Shown here in pieces: positions 24,900-38,229 of a stretch of 64,000 bases of DNA. The stretch's first letter is position 1, and every line of letters starts with the position of its first letter. A model generated the notes under the pieces. It was not told the DNA's origin. It ran no database searches and saw only the letters and a list, made by a program, of their open reading frames with translations. Both the position numbers and the translations under genes were made by a program. This stretch comes from Paraspadella gotoi (Eukaryota; Animalia; Chaetognatha): contig CM119268.1 in assembly GCA_051294375.1 (NCBI GenBank), positions 22,396,709 through 22,460,708 of the forward strand, read 5' to 3'.

Positions 24900-27800
24900 C
24901 ATCAATTCCCAAATCACACACCCCCATCTTTCTACATCAACCAATTCCTCACATTTCTTATCCTTCAACATCTTCCATCGAATGCCTCGACTACATCAGC
25001 CTCGATCACCACATCTTCTCCATCTTAAACATCATCCTTCAATCTTTCCGCTGTGGTCCGCGCTTCAATGTTTATGAGTAATCGCGATCCAACCCGGAAG
25101 GGTGTCCGCGAGAGGTGAGTGGGGGGTCAGGTGGATGGAGGGAGGGGGTAAAGGACCGTCTCCAAAAGTTTCTAGGAGAAAACTCGTCGTAGGCGTCCTT
25201 TAGATTCCTGAAGAAGAGAGAGAGAGAGTAGAGAGAGAGAGAGAGTCAATATGTCGATTTATAGTAAATGATTTTGTATTTTACAGGTTAATTAAGATGA
25301 GTGTCCTTTTATAACAATTAAAAGAGTTAACTATCATCTTTCATCTTTATTAATAGGAAGCCAGGTACTGTACTGAAAGAGAGTCTTGATTGTAAAAGCT
25401 GCAATGGCCCTAACCCAGCATAGCCTATTCCCATTGCCTCAAAGTCAGGGGCAAAATATGCTTATTAATCAATGAAAGGAAAATTTTTATATTTGTTTAG
25501 TACCAAATTTATTAGCATAGATATTTTGAACTTTCCTCAAAAATTTATTTAAAAATGGATACTGATTCAAAAATAAATTTTAGTTAAGGTTTTTAACTCT
25601 TGGCCACTTGGGGTGATAATCATTTCCTCAGTCAAGTGGAAGGAGGGCAGAGACTATTAATTATTTTTTTAGCCTATGGTTTTTATATAGCCAAAAGTGA
25701 CTTATATAGTCAGGTATAACGAGTACTAAATTGGTAATTAAATTCTAAAGTTGTGAGAGGAGGAGATTTTTTGTTCTGGCTTATGCCATCTGCAAGGAAT
25801 CAAAAAAAAATGATTTGGCCAAAGGGATTGGACCAATATCCTGTCGTTAGGTGACCCACGGCCAAGATTGAGTCTGTCTGCGTTCGTCAGTGCGTAAAGC
25901 AGCATAACATACATCATGGCGGGGAAGAAACAAGTTAAACTTTAGTGGATTAATTCAGACCAGAAAATTTCCTTTTTTTTCAGGATTGTACATCAATAGA
26001 TAAATTGAAAAAACCCCAAAAAATTACTTCTATTTTTTCCCAAATATTCTCTTATTCTGATCCTATTTTTTCTGGAATATAAACATAGAAACTGGACAAA
26101 AATTTCATCATAATTTTCCAACAATTTTATCCTAATTCTAAGCTCTTTTTTTTAGCTTTTAATTTTTAGTGCATTACTGCATATTAGTCATGCTCCAATG
26201 CCTTCATTTATCATTTGAAATGTTCAAATTGTTTCTTTTATAGTTTTTAAATCGTTTTTAGTCTTTTTATCGTTTAACTGTCAAATTGTTTCTTTTATTT
26301 CAGAGAGAGAGAGAGAAGGAGAGAGTGTGTGTGTGTGTCTCACCTTTAGAACACCGTTTGCCTTTTAAACGACAATTCTTCGACCTCTCGACATCAAACC
26401 AGTAAATGCGAAATTGGACGACAGGAACTTGAAAGACGTCCGAACTTGTTTTCGCCTCACGATGTCGCACATAATCCCACGCTGCGGCTGGAGAAGGAAA
26501 TGGGTTCGCTGTAGAAAAGGTTTAGCCTAAGGAAGATCGATATGTTGCTGTTTTAAATTACGATAAAATAAGTTGTCATTATGCTTCCCCAAGAAATTGG
26601 AGTAGAGATTTTTCAGCATCGGAGAATGGTCGCAAGCAACGGGGCGATTATAGGCTTGTTGTATGACAATCAACTTTGAAAGAACTGATATAAGAGATGA
26701 GTTATTAATAGACGGAACAAGAGATGAGATAAGAAAGAAGTCAATCACTAATCAAGTCAACTTTAAATATGGCAATTTTAATTATACAGTACTGAATTTT
26801 GCAAGATAAAGATAAGTCCGGTAACCAACAATAAACAACCCTAATAATAATATGAAAATTAATGTGTGAAGATTTTCATTTTCATTTACAAACCCCGAAG
26901 AACTTCGAATGAGGATATCGGAATCTGAAAAAGACAAAATCGATATTCCCTTTTGTCTCGCATTGGCAGCGCCTCCTCGCGATAATTGAATGACGATCGA
27001 TAATCTAGAAACACGATCAAAATATTGTGTTTTTATTAAATAAAATATAACATGTAATGATCAAATTCACTGCGATTATAATCGAACGAGTCATTAAGTT
27101 ATCAATAATTAATCTTCCAGCGAATTCAAAAACTCAAAATTAAGATTATCATAAACATTAAACATTAAACAATAAAACAATAGACAAATTATGACATCTG
27201 GTGGTCCTATCACCACAGTGGATTAAAGCTGATCTTTCGGCAGCGCCTCAGTGGCTCAGTGGATCTAATGCACCATCCAATGTTGCGTCCCCTGGTTTCG
27301 AGCCCTGAGGTTGTCATGTAGAAAGTGGGATGGACCGGGTAAGCCCGCCTGTAGCATGGGCCTACTGCCAGATCCAAAGCTCTGGACTAACATGAACATG
27401 CTGTCCTCGCTGTCGCCAACGAGGTGACACCGCTGCGGGTGTGCGCCCTGTAAAACCAGCCTCTTCAATGGTGAGCCCGACGTGATCCCGAACAGACGCA
27501 ACCCGGGCATGATAAATACTCCTCCTGCACTTGATGTGGTTTGAGCTACGCAGCTACCACTCATAACGCAAAAGGCCACCAGAATGAAGAGATGGTTTCA
27601 GCGGAGAGACATGCGCTGGTTCATCCCTACTTCCTATCATCATAGTGAGAGTCCTGGGGCGGCGTGTCTGTGGTCCTATCCCACAATGATTAAGCTGATT
27701 CTTTCGCAGCGCCTCCAGTGGCTCAGTGGACTAATGCACCAATCCCAATGTGCGTCCCCTAGGTTCGAGCCTGAGTTGTCATGTAGAAAGTGGGATGGAA

Positions 27801-28918
27801 CCCGGGTACCCGCCTGTAGGCATGGGCCTACTGCAGATCAAAGCTCTTGGTACTACATGACATGCTGTTCTCGCTGTCGCCCAACGAGGTGACACGCTGC
27901 GGGTGTGCGCCCTGTAAAAAACCAGCCTCTTCAGACAAACCTTTCGTCGGTCCAATGATTAAGGTCCGTCCTTTAAGCCTTTCGTATCCTTTGGCGTTCA
28001 TCCACGACTGAGTTGATCTTCGCGTAAAAAGGCTTTCAACTTTCTTTAGCCAACTCGTTAATTCAGATCTGGGAATTAATGGTTAAGGAATTTAAAAGGT
28101 TTTGACGGTGAAATTGATTTTTTGTCCAATGTTATGGAATGAAGCAGTCCAATGAATAATGTTACTTAACAAAGTTTTATACAAGAGTTTAAATATAAGT
28201 AAAACAGACAAAATAAAACATAAAAGACCGACCTGACCAAAAAATTATTAGAGCCTATAGATTTTCGCGAGCAAAAACGCACGATAACATATTTGATGAT
28301 TTTTTATAAATAGTATTAAACTAACTCAGAGTGAGTCTTGATTGAAAGCCTTTTCAGATCCCTGCCATGTTATTATCTTGTATCATCTATTGTCCAAAGT
28401 CAGAAGGTCTATAGTTAACCTAACTTGAGATTATTGAATATATGGAAATTTAAAAAATTGGTTGTACCAAATTTCTAAGTATGGACATTAAACAAGAAAC
28501 AAGGATAGCAATAACCTAATCTCTTTACCAGTTAACCCCCAATCCCTAACCTGATCCCTTAACCAGATCCCCTGACCCTTCTCACGATCCCCTTTTCCCT
28601 AACTTGCTGAGGTCGTCGACGCTGTGGTCGCATCTACGAAGAGGCTCGTCCTTGCTTCTCTGGATGTTGAAGAGAGCGAGGGCCTCCGAGGAAGTGGGGG
28701 AGGTGTGGCCTTTGTTGCGGACCGAGGATGACAAGGAGGACGGAGGAGAGAGGAGGAGGAGGAAGAGGAGGAATGACGGTCACCGGGTATTCCTCGGCGA
28801 AAGTCCTTTGTCGTTGTTTGTTGTCGCTGTCGTTTGCGCAAAAATGCAGTCCGATGCCCAAAGAAGCGTCGTCAATGCTAACCGACGAAAAGCGGAGACG
28901 TTCGATAACAACGCTCAT
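24900..28918 (-). pseudogene. COLGALT: Noisy partial duplicate of COLGALT paralog A (5' exons); probably an alternative haplotype or unpolished read; carries TRIM-1
   Basis: Colinear with 21100-24460 including introns, with many indels. Confidence 0.7.
27197..27933 (+). mobile_element. TRIM-1: non-autonomous LTR retrotransposon (LTRs 27197-27467 and 27665-27933), tRNA-Trp PBS, GACA TSD, tRNA-like A/B boxes in the LTR
   Basis: Two ~270-bp direct repeats ending CTCTTCA (the 3' one begins TGT); PBS TGGTGAGCCCGACGTGAT at 27469-27486; GACA at 27193-96 and 27934-37; empty site at 23505-08. Confidence 0.9.
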
Positions 28919-29317
28919 GGTTTCCTGGATTTTAGTCAGTGTGTTTAGTTTAAAAACTGAAAGGATAATTTAGGAAGTTTAATTTAATTATTTAAATTAA
29001 AATTTGTGAGAGAAAACAGATGTAAGGTAAGGTATTGAATTACTTTAGACTAAAAAGTTTGCTTTAAATTAGGCAACCTTTTTTGAAGCTGAAATTATGT
29101 TATGCATAAAAGACAAAAACTAGTAACATACAGAATCACAATCCAATTATTAAATCCAGTGACATATGTGACATTATGTAAATATGTCTTTGTCGACCTA
29201 AAATTAATGAAAATTTAAAAAAAAAACCAAATGAAAGAAAAATTCGTCAGTCAAAACAATCGGATCGTCGGTTACAAAGTTCTGATCGAAGAAAACAGGT
29301 TTGGAGAAAAGAGAGAG

Positions 29318-29351
<34 letters not shown>

Positions 29352-30099
29352 GAGACACAAAGCAATATCATCTAACTTGCAAACGTTTTAACAAATTTGT
29401 TAAAGATTCATACTAGCATGAAGACTAATTTTGCTCTTTATAAAATCCAAGATTGTAATTAACCTTTTTAAAGTTACATCTAATTATTTTTTTAATTTTC
29501 TTAATCTTTTTTCTCGTCTACCTGTAACATAGAATTCCGGTTTTTGATTAGAACTGGAATGACTATAATAACAAAATCGGGGAAAATAGGAAATTCTTAA
29601 ATCCAATTGATAACCATGAACTTCAAATAAACTTCTTCTTTTAATATACTAGTGGCTAAGATTCTTATCCGAGTCCATCACAACTCAAAACTTAGCTATG
29701 TATATTGTAATTGTACACTAATACTATCAGAAACAAACTCCGTTTATCGATGACCTCTATTGACCCCGAACCGACAAATTCTAACCGACACCTCGCCCCC
29801 ACAGCCGACGAAACATCCACCCGACACTCCTCCGTCTCTCGCGTGGCGGCCAACCCACTTCGGCAAAGGCGTCATTGTCCTTAGACTTATAATTATCCAG
29901 ATTTTTATCAAAATAAAATGAAGTCAAGTAATAAAGTACTAAAGACTTTAGACTTAGTGATCTTAGAAATGAAGATCAATCGAGAATTAATTTGAAAACA
30001 AAAAAACAGCTCACGAAATTGTTTTTTTAATAACAATAATTAACAATTAACTACCGAAGAGAAGATAATAATTTATAAAGTTCATCGTGACTTTTGAAA

Positions 30100-33073
30100 A
30101 AATAAGGATGTCACAACTATATTGCGAAGAAACCAAGAAGAAAATTAACACTATTTTTTTAAACCGAATTGTTGAATGACGAATTCTGTCAAAAATTGAG
30201 TCGACTTGGTTGCTGGAGCAGAGTAGTTGGAATCTGAATTTGTTAAATAAATGAAATTAATCAATTACTAAATAAATTAATAATACCATTAAGAGAGTGA
30301 ACAAGATAAATTTGACGCATGTCCCGCCTCATACAAAATCAATGAGAGTCAATAATAGATTTATAAAAAAAATCATAATCAAAAATAGTTCATTTACCCC
30401 ACAAAATCGTCCCTACCCACACTCGCTCTTCACTAAAGAAACTCAAACAAAACCTGTATCGGTGAACGTAATGATCATCTCCACCTTTGTTCGGCCGACA
30501 AAATCTGAGGTTCGGCGGCGAACGGCGACCAGATGTCGCTTCTTGAATTCAATTCGTCCATTCGTAGACGCGATGTTCATTTGTTTCCGGGAAATTTCGC
30601 CTCGTAGGGAACCTTGTCGTAACATTATGGGTAAGTAAAATGTCGGACTGGTACGAAGTTTTGGTAGTTGGGTTCTCGCGCCAGGAGCTTTTCTTGGCGC
30701 CTAAGATGGGAATTAGAAACATGATTATTTAAAATATATTAATAATCAATATTTTTTTAACCTTCAAAAACTGAGTAATATACTGCAAGTGTCACAAAGA
30801 AAGTCGCTAGCTCCACAATGTGCTCGGTAAATTTTTGGTTTCAATTTCGCGAAAATGAATCGTATTTCATGAAAATCAATCATTTTTTTGTAACAAAGAT
30901 ATTAGATTAATAGCAACAATTCTAAATAATCTAACGTCTACATTCCCAAATATATGTACACAATATATTATTTTTCCTCTTCAATTTCTGACAAATCGTC
31001 CTTCAGTTTTTCTCTAAACCAAATATCATATTCCAATCGTCGTCTTCCAAATGAGGACCTTATTTAAAATTAAGCAATAAGAATTTAATTTTATTTTATT
31101 TATTTATTAGTAATTTCAAACCCATAACCTTTTCATATTAATTCTCTACCACTTCCTCCAAAATATGAATTTTTTTTTTTTTTTTTGTGAGACAGTGAAA
31201 GCAGCCAAACCTCACCAAAAGTAAGGCCTCGTCCTGTGAAAAGGAATCTTCATAGTTTTGGACAACACCTCGAATCCCTAATTCTGAAGACACTGCAGAA
31301 ATTTTAGGAACAGGAAAATTATGTTATGTGAAATAATATTCTAAAATTTCTCAATAATTTTCAACAAATATCTGAATCATTGATAAACTTTCATAAAAAC
31401 CAGTAGAAACCATTTTATTGATAGGTAAGCCAAGTACTCTGGGATAAATAAATTAGAACAGTGAGAGATTCTTCGTTGAAAACTATGCAGGATCTTCTTA
31501 TGTTATTATCTTGTCAAAAGGGATGGAGGCCTAAAACCACCATATACCTGACCAAAGTCAGAATGAATGGCTAATTCTATAAAAGTTGGACCGAATTTTC
31601 ATTTAACTTTAGCTAATTTCTATTTTCCTGTCTTAATGAACATCTCACTCTCAAGCTCTAAAACATTCACTCTCTATCAACACTTCACTCTCTCCTCATC
31701 CAGCATCTTCCCATCAACTGCGCTCGACTACATCAGCGACTTCGGATCCCCATCTCTCCAATCTTAAACATCATCCTCAATCTTTGCTGTGGTCGTTCGC
31801 TTCAAGTTGATGATGTAGACGCGATCCAACCCGAGTGTCGCGAGGAGGTGGAGGTGGGAGGGTCAGGTGGTTGGAGTGAGGGGGGGGGGTCAATGTCGAG
31901 GAGAAATTGATTGAAGGCATCTTTTTAGAGTCTGAAGATGGAGAGAAATATAGATTTAAGTTTAAATCATACTATTTATAATTTTTTTAAAATATTTGGC
32001 TATTGGGTCATGCACGATGCACCTTTAATAAAATATTGTCATCATCCTCACCAGGCAAATGATTTTTCGGTATCTCTAGCTCATTTGCATATTGTAGCAT
32101 TAAAGATTATGTTCTTAAATTTTCATTCGGTTTTCTTAAATGTTTGGTATTATGGTGGACTAAAATCCACTAACCGTTCATCAGCGGCCTTGGTGCCGGA
32201 GGCAAGTCATTCGCCTCCCAACCCAAAGGTCCGGGTTTAGCCGGTGGGTCGCTAGCATTTAGAGACGAAACTTTTTCACCTGAGTAACTCGGTGTTACAA
32301 GAACGGTTGTATAACACTTATCAATTTTTTTACTGTCTCTTATTGGTGAGCCCGATTCCGAACACAACAGCAACAACAACACTTTCAGGCGACATGCCAA
32401 CATGGCGATGCACTTTCCGCCACAACACATCAGCGACATGCTCAACTTGGTGACGAACTTCACAACAACAACAATTCACTGAAGAGACGCAACAGACTTC
32501 TCCTACGGAGGGGGGGATGTATGGGTGACTAAAATCCACTAACCGTTCATCAGCGGCATTGGTGCGGAAGGCAGTCATTCGCCTCCCAACCCAAAGGTCG
32601 GGGTCTAGCCGGTGGTCGCCTAGCAGTTTAGAGGACGGGCGCTTAACCCGCCTGTAACCGGTGTTACAGCCTGATCCGAACTCAGGGACTGCTTATATAG
32701 AACGGTTCTGTCATTAACACTTATCAATAATTACTGTCTCTTCAGTATGATCAATTCGCCTTACTTAAAAAACATTCATAATCAATTCGTTATCCTTACT
32801 ACAAAAACTCCCAAATTGCCACAACTCCATTTTAATTTATTAGTCCCTCCGACTGGACTTCGTCCGGAAAAAAACTCTTCGTTCGAGAACCCAAGGGGAA
32901 GATTGGGGCACGAGCATTGTAGTTGAAAGAGATGAGATCGTCTTGAAAGTGAAAGAGACAGAAAGAAAGCTAGACAGTGCAATACGAACCATTAGAAATC
33001 CCCATATTCTTTCGACTCGACATCAACAAAATGCTGAATGGACGACGGATTGAAGACGCCGATTTTGTTTCGC
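30100..33073 (-). pseudogene. COLGALT: Redundant noisy copy of the COLGALT paralog B 3' exons; carries TRIM-2
   Basis: Colinear with ~46700-49925; GT25 exons (INLKR, VLILEDD-like, YLPIM). Confidence 0.65.
32151..32744 (+). mobile_element. TRIM-2: non-autonomous LTR retrotransposon (LTRs ~32151-32342 and 32518-32744), tRNA-Trp PBS, PPT, GTAT TSD
   Basis: 3' LTR TGTATGG...CTCTTCA; PBS TGGTGAGCCCGA at 32344-32355; PPT GGAGGGGGGGA at 32507-32517; GTAT at 32147-50 and 32745-48; empty site at 49539-42. Confidence 0.88.
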
Positions 33074-33098
33074 NNNNNNNNNNNNNNNNNNNNNNNNN
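33074..33098. other. Assembly gap (25 N); others at 36774-36798 (25 N), 39989-40013 (25 N) and 49024-49188 (165 N)
   Basis: N runs. Confidence 0.99.
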
Positions 33099-34109
33099 TT
33101 GCAAACGTTTTACAAATTTGTTAAAGATCATACTAGCATGAAGACTAATTTTGCTCTTTAAAATCACAAGATTGTAAATAACCTTTTTAGTTAATCTATA
33201 GTTTTATTTTTAATTTCCTAATCTTTTTTTCTCGTCTCCTGACATAGAATCCGGTTTTTAATTAGAACTGGAATGACTACAAATCGGGGAAAATAGGAAT
33301 CCTTAAAATCCTAATTGATAACCATGTAACTTCTAAATAACTTCTTCTTTTAATATACTAGTGGCTAAATTCTTATCCGAGTCAACAACCAAAACTGCTA
33401 TGTATATTGTAAATTGTACACTAATACTATCAGAACAACTCCGTTTATCGATGACCTCTATTGACCCCGAACCGACAAATTCTAACCGACACCCGCCCCC
33501 ACAGCCGACGACATCCACCCGACACTCCTCGGTCTCTCGCGTGGGCGGCCAACCACTTTCGGCAAAGGCGTCATTGCTAGACTTGATACTTATCCAGATT
33601 TTTATCAAAATAAATGAAGTCAAGTAATAAAGTACTAAAGACTTTAGACTTAGTGATTCTTAGAAATGAAGATCAATCGAGAATTATTTGAAAAAAAAAC
33701 GCTCACGAAATGTTTTTTATAACAATAATTAACAATTAACCCGAAGAGAAGATTAATAATTTTATAAAGTTCATCGTGACTTTTTGAAAATAAGGATGTC
33801 ACAATCTATATTGCGAGAAACCAGAAGAAATTAGACACTATTTTTTTACCGAATTGTTTGATGACGATTCTGTCAATAAATGAGTCGACTTGGTTGCTGG
33901 AGCAGAGTTAGTTGGATCTGAATTTGTTAAATAAATGAATTAATCAATTACTAAACAATAAATTAATAATACCATTAAGAGAGTGAACAGAGATCAATTT
34001 GACGCATGTCCCGCTCATTACAAAATCAATCAATCAATCAATAGATTTATAAAAAAAATCAATTATCAAATAGTTCATTTACCCCACAAAATCGTCCCTA
34101 CCCGACACT

Positions 34110-36773
34110 GCGAAACAAAATCGGCGTCTTCAATCCGTCGTCCATTCAGCATTTTGTTGATGTCGAGTCGAAAGAATATGGGGATTTCTAATGGTTCGTA
34201 TTGCACTGTCTAGCTTTCTTTCTGTCTCTTTCACTTTCAAGACGATCTCATCTCTTTCAACTACAATGCTCGTGCCCCAATCTTCCCCTTGGGTTCTCGA
34301 ACGAAGAGTTTTTTTCCGGACGAAGTCCAGTCGGAGGGACTAATAAATTAAAATGGAGTTGTGGCAATTTGGGAGTTTTTGTAGTAAGGATAACGAATTG
34401 ATTATGAATGTTTTTTAAGTAAGGCGAATTGATCATACTGAAGAGACAGTAATTATTGATAAGTGTTAATGACAGAACCGTTCTATATAAGCAGTCCCTG
34501 AGTTCGGATCAGGCTGTAACACCGGTTACAGGCGGGTTAAGCGCCCGTCCTCTAAACTGCTAGGCGACCACCGGCTAGACCCCGACCTTTGGGTTGGGAG
34601 GCGAATGACTGCCTTCCGCACCAATGCCGCTGATGAACGGTTAGTGGATTTTAGTCACCCATACATCCCCCCCTCCGTAGGAGAAGTCTGTTGCGTCTCT
34701 TCAGTGAATTGTTGTTGTTGTGAAGTTCGTCACCAAGTTGAGCATGTCGCTGATGTGTTGTGGCGGAAAGTGCATCGCCATGTTGGCATGTCGCCTGAAA
34801 GTGTTGTTGTTGCTGTTGTGTTCGGAATCGGGCTCACCAATAAGAGACAGTAAAAAAATTGATAAGTGTTATACAACCGTTCTTGTAACACCGAGTTACT
34901 CAGGTGAAAAAGTTTCGTCTCTAAATGCTAGCGACCCACCGGCTAAACCCGGACCTTTGGGTTGGGAGGCGAATGACTTGCCTCCGGCACCAAGGCCGCT
35001 GATGAACGGTTAGTGGATTTTAGTCCACCATAATACCAAACATTTAAGAAAACCGAATGAAAATTTAAGAACATAATCTTTAATGCTACAATATGCAAAT
35101 GAGCTAGAGATACCGAAAAATCATTTGCCTGGTGAGGATGATGACAATATTTTATTAAAGGTGCATCGTGCATGACCCAATAGCCAAATATTTTAAAAAA
35201 ATTATAAATAGTATGATTTAAACTTAAATCTATATTTCTCTCCATCTTCAGACTCTAAAAAGATGCCTTCAATCAATTTCTCCTCGACATTGACCCCCCC
35301 CCCTCACTCCAACCACCTGACCCTCCCACCTCCACCTCCTCGCGACACTCGGGTTGGATCGCGTCTACATCATCAACTTGAAGCGAACGACCACAGCAAA
35401 GATTGAGGATGATGTTTAAGATTGGAGAGATGGGGATCCGAAGTCGCTGATGTAGTCGAGCGCAGTTGATGGGAAGATGCTGGATGAGGAGAGAGTGAAG
35501 TGTTGATAGAGAGTGAATGTTTTAGAGCTTGAGAGTGAGATGTTCATTAAGACAGGAAAATAGAAATTAGCTAAAGTTAAATGAAAATTCGGTCCAACTT
35601 TTATAGAATTAGCCATTCATTCTGACTTTGGTCAGGTATATGGTGGTTTTAGGCCTCCATCCCTTTTGACAAGATAATAACATAAGAAGATCCTGCATAG
35701 TTTTCAACGAAGAATCTCTCACTGTTCTAATTTATTTATCCCAGAGTACTTGGCTTACCTATCAATAAAATGGTTTCTACTGGTTTTTATGAAAGTTTAT
35801 CAATGATTCAGATATTTGTTGAAAATTATTGAGAAATTTTAGAATATTATTTCACATAACATAATTTTCCTGTTCCTAAAATTTCTGCAGTGTCTTCAGA
35901 ATTAGGGATTCGAGGTGTTGTCCAAAACTATGAAGATTCCTTTTCACAGGACGAGGCCTTTACTTTGGTGAGGTTGGCTGCTTTCATGTCTCACAAAAAA
36001 AAATTCCATATTTGGAGGAAGTGTAGAGAATTAATATGAAAAAGGTTATGGGTTTGAATTACTAATAAATCAAATAAATAAATTAAATTCTTATTGCTAA
36101 TTTTAAATAAGGTTCCTCATTTGGAAGACGACGATGGGATTAGATATTGGGTTTAGAGAAAACTGAAGGACGATTGTCAGAAATTGAGAGGAAAAAATTA
36201 ATATATGATGTACATATATTTGGGAAGTAAGACGTTAGTATATTAGAATTGTTGCTATTCAATCTAATATCTTTGTTCAAAAAATGATGATTTTCAATGA
36301 AATACGATTCAACTTTTCGCGGAAATTGGAAACCAAAAATTTACCGAGCACATTGTGGAGCCTAGAGCGACTTCTTTGTGGACACTTGCATATATTACTT
36401 CAGTTTTGAAGGTTTAAAAAAATATTGATTATTAACATATATTTTAATATAATCATGTTTCTAATTACCCATCTTTAGGGCGCCAAGAAGCTCCTGGGCG
36501 CGAGCAACCCAACTACCAACTTCGTACCAGGTCGACAAGTTTACTTACCCATATCGCCTTACGACAAGGTCTTACCCTACACTGATGGCGAATATTTCCC
36601 TCGGAAACAGAATGAACATCGCGTCTACGAATGGACGAATTGAATTCAAGAAGCGACATCTGGTCGCCGTTCGCCGCCGAACCTCAGATTTTGTCGGCCG
36701 AACAAAGGTGGAGATGATCATTACGTTCACCGATACAGGTTTTGTTTGAGTTTCTTTAGTGAAGAGCGAGTGT
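34110..36773 (+). repeat. Inverted duplicate of ~30410-33073 (COLGALT B 3' part, including the mirror TRIM-2 at 34439-35032)
   Basis: Base-for-base reverse complement over about 34110-35960; mirrored identical ORFs appear in the ORF track. Confidence 0.92.
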
Positions 36774-38229
36774 NNNNNNNNNNNNNNNNNNNNNNNNNTT
36801 AATATGAAAAAGGTATGGGTTTGAAATTACTAATAAATCAAATAAAATAAATTAAATTCTTATTGCTTAATTTTAAATAAGGGTTCCTCAATTTTGGAAG
36901 ACGACGTGTGGATATAGATATTGGGTTTGAGAAAACTGAAGGACGATTGTCAGAAATTGAGAGGAAAAAATAATATTATTGATGTACTATATTTGGGAAG
37001 TAAGACGTTAGATATTAGAATTGTTGCTATTCAATCTATATCTTTGTTACAAAAAAATGATTGATTTTCAATGAAATAACGATTCAATTTTTTCGCGGGA
37101 AAATTGGAAACCAAAAATTTACCGAGCACATATGTGAGCCTAGGACTTCTTTGTGGGACACTTGCATATTTACTCAGTTTTGAAGGTTTAAAAAAATATT
37201 GATTATTAATATATTTTAAATAATCATGTTTCTAATTCCCATCTTAGGGCGCAGAAAAGCTCCTGGCGCGAGAACAACTACCAAACTCGTACCAGGTCCG
37301 ACAGTTTACTTACCCATAATGTGTACGACAAGTGTCTTACCCTACACTGCGATAGCGCGAATTTTCCCTCCGGAAACAGAAAATGACTATCGCAGTCATC
37401 TAACGCAACAAGTTCCAAACGCGAAAAACAGTTCAGGCACGCTGTATGGATCAGGTAAACAGCATAAAAAGGAAAAGGAGAAGACAGAGTACGACAGAAT
37501 AAGCTTAAGAAGCAATAAAGAAAGCCCACAAACAATACTGGGGTCTCGCTCACAGCACAAGTTTGCGTCGTCAGCTCGCCCTCGGATCGCGAGCCGACGT
37601 CCGAACCTCAGATTATGCGCGATGTCCCGGGAAGCAACAAAAAAAGCGATAGCAAGGCAGTGCTCGCTGGTTAGGGTGATGTGAGAATGTACAATACCAT
37701 TACACGACGTCATCGGAATTACAGGTTTTTTTGTTTATTGTTTGCAGTCTTAGTGATGAAAGAGCTGAGCATGAGCTAGAACCATCAGATTGTACGCATG
37801 TTCTCTGGTTATCAAGGGGAAAACTACGATTTAGAACCCTGCTGTGATGGCGACAATTTTCTGGAGGCTTCATCTAAAAGACTTCATTGATTGCCGATGC
37901 ATATTGTTGTTTATGTTCGTTTCTTGTGAGGTTAATATCTTTGTCCCTTTTTATCGCTTGATGAGGAAGATAGATGGTGATGAGAAATAGTGATGATGGG
38001 AAGAATAGTGATGATTGAGAAAATAGTGTGATGAGAATAATAATAGCTTGTTGATGAAAAATAGTGTTTATGGAAATTAGTTGTGATGCGCAAAGAGTTA
38101 TAAAAGAAGATTTTCGGATTCTTCAATTACATAGCAGAGAATGATCGGCTCTTTTGCAGTTACCCAGGAAGAAAAACTTGAACTAGTAGGAATTATTTAT
38201 TTCAGCTCTCAATGAAATCTAATCCTGGG

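Noticed and set aside
27265-27892. ORFs inside TRIM-1 (and 32170-32578 in TRIM-2)
   Set aside because: They overlap LTRs, are not conserved in frame between LTR copies, and show no gag/RT motifs.
30075-30095. HDEL-encoding sequence on the minus strand as the COLGALT B C-terminus
   Set aside because: Not directly followed by a stop codon in any copy and the frame cannot be fixed in noisy sequence; left unresolved.
34625-34665. CTGATGA hammerhead-like core on the antisense strand of the TRIM-2 LTR (retrozyme idea)
   Set aside because: No stem II followed by GAAA and no compatible stem I/III found.
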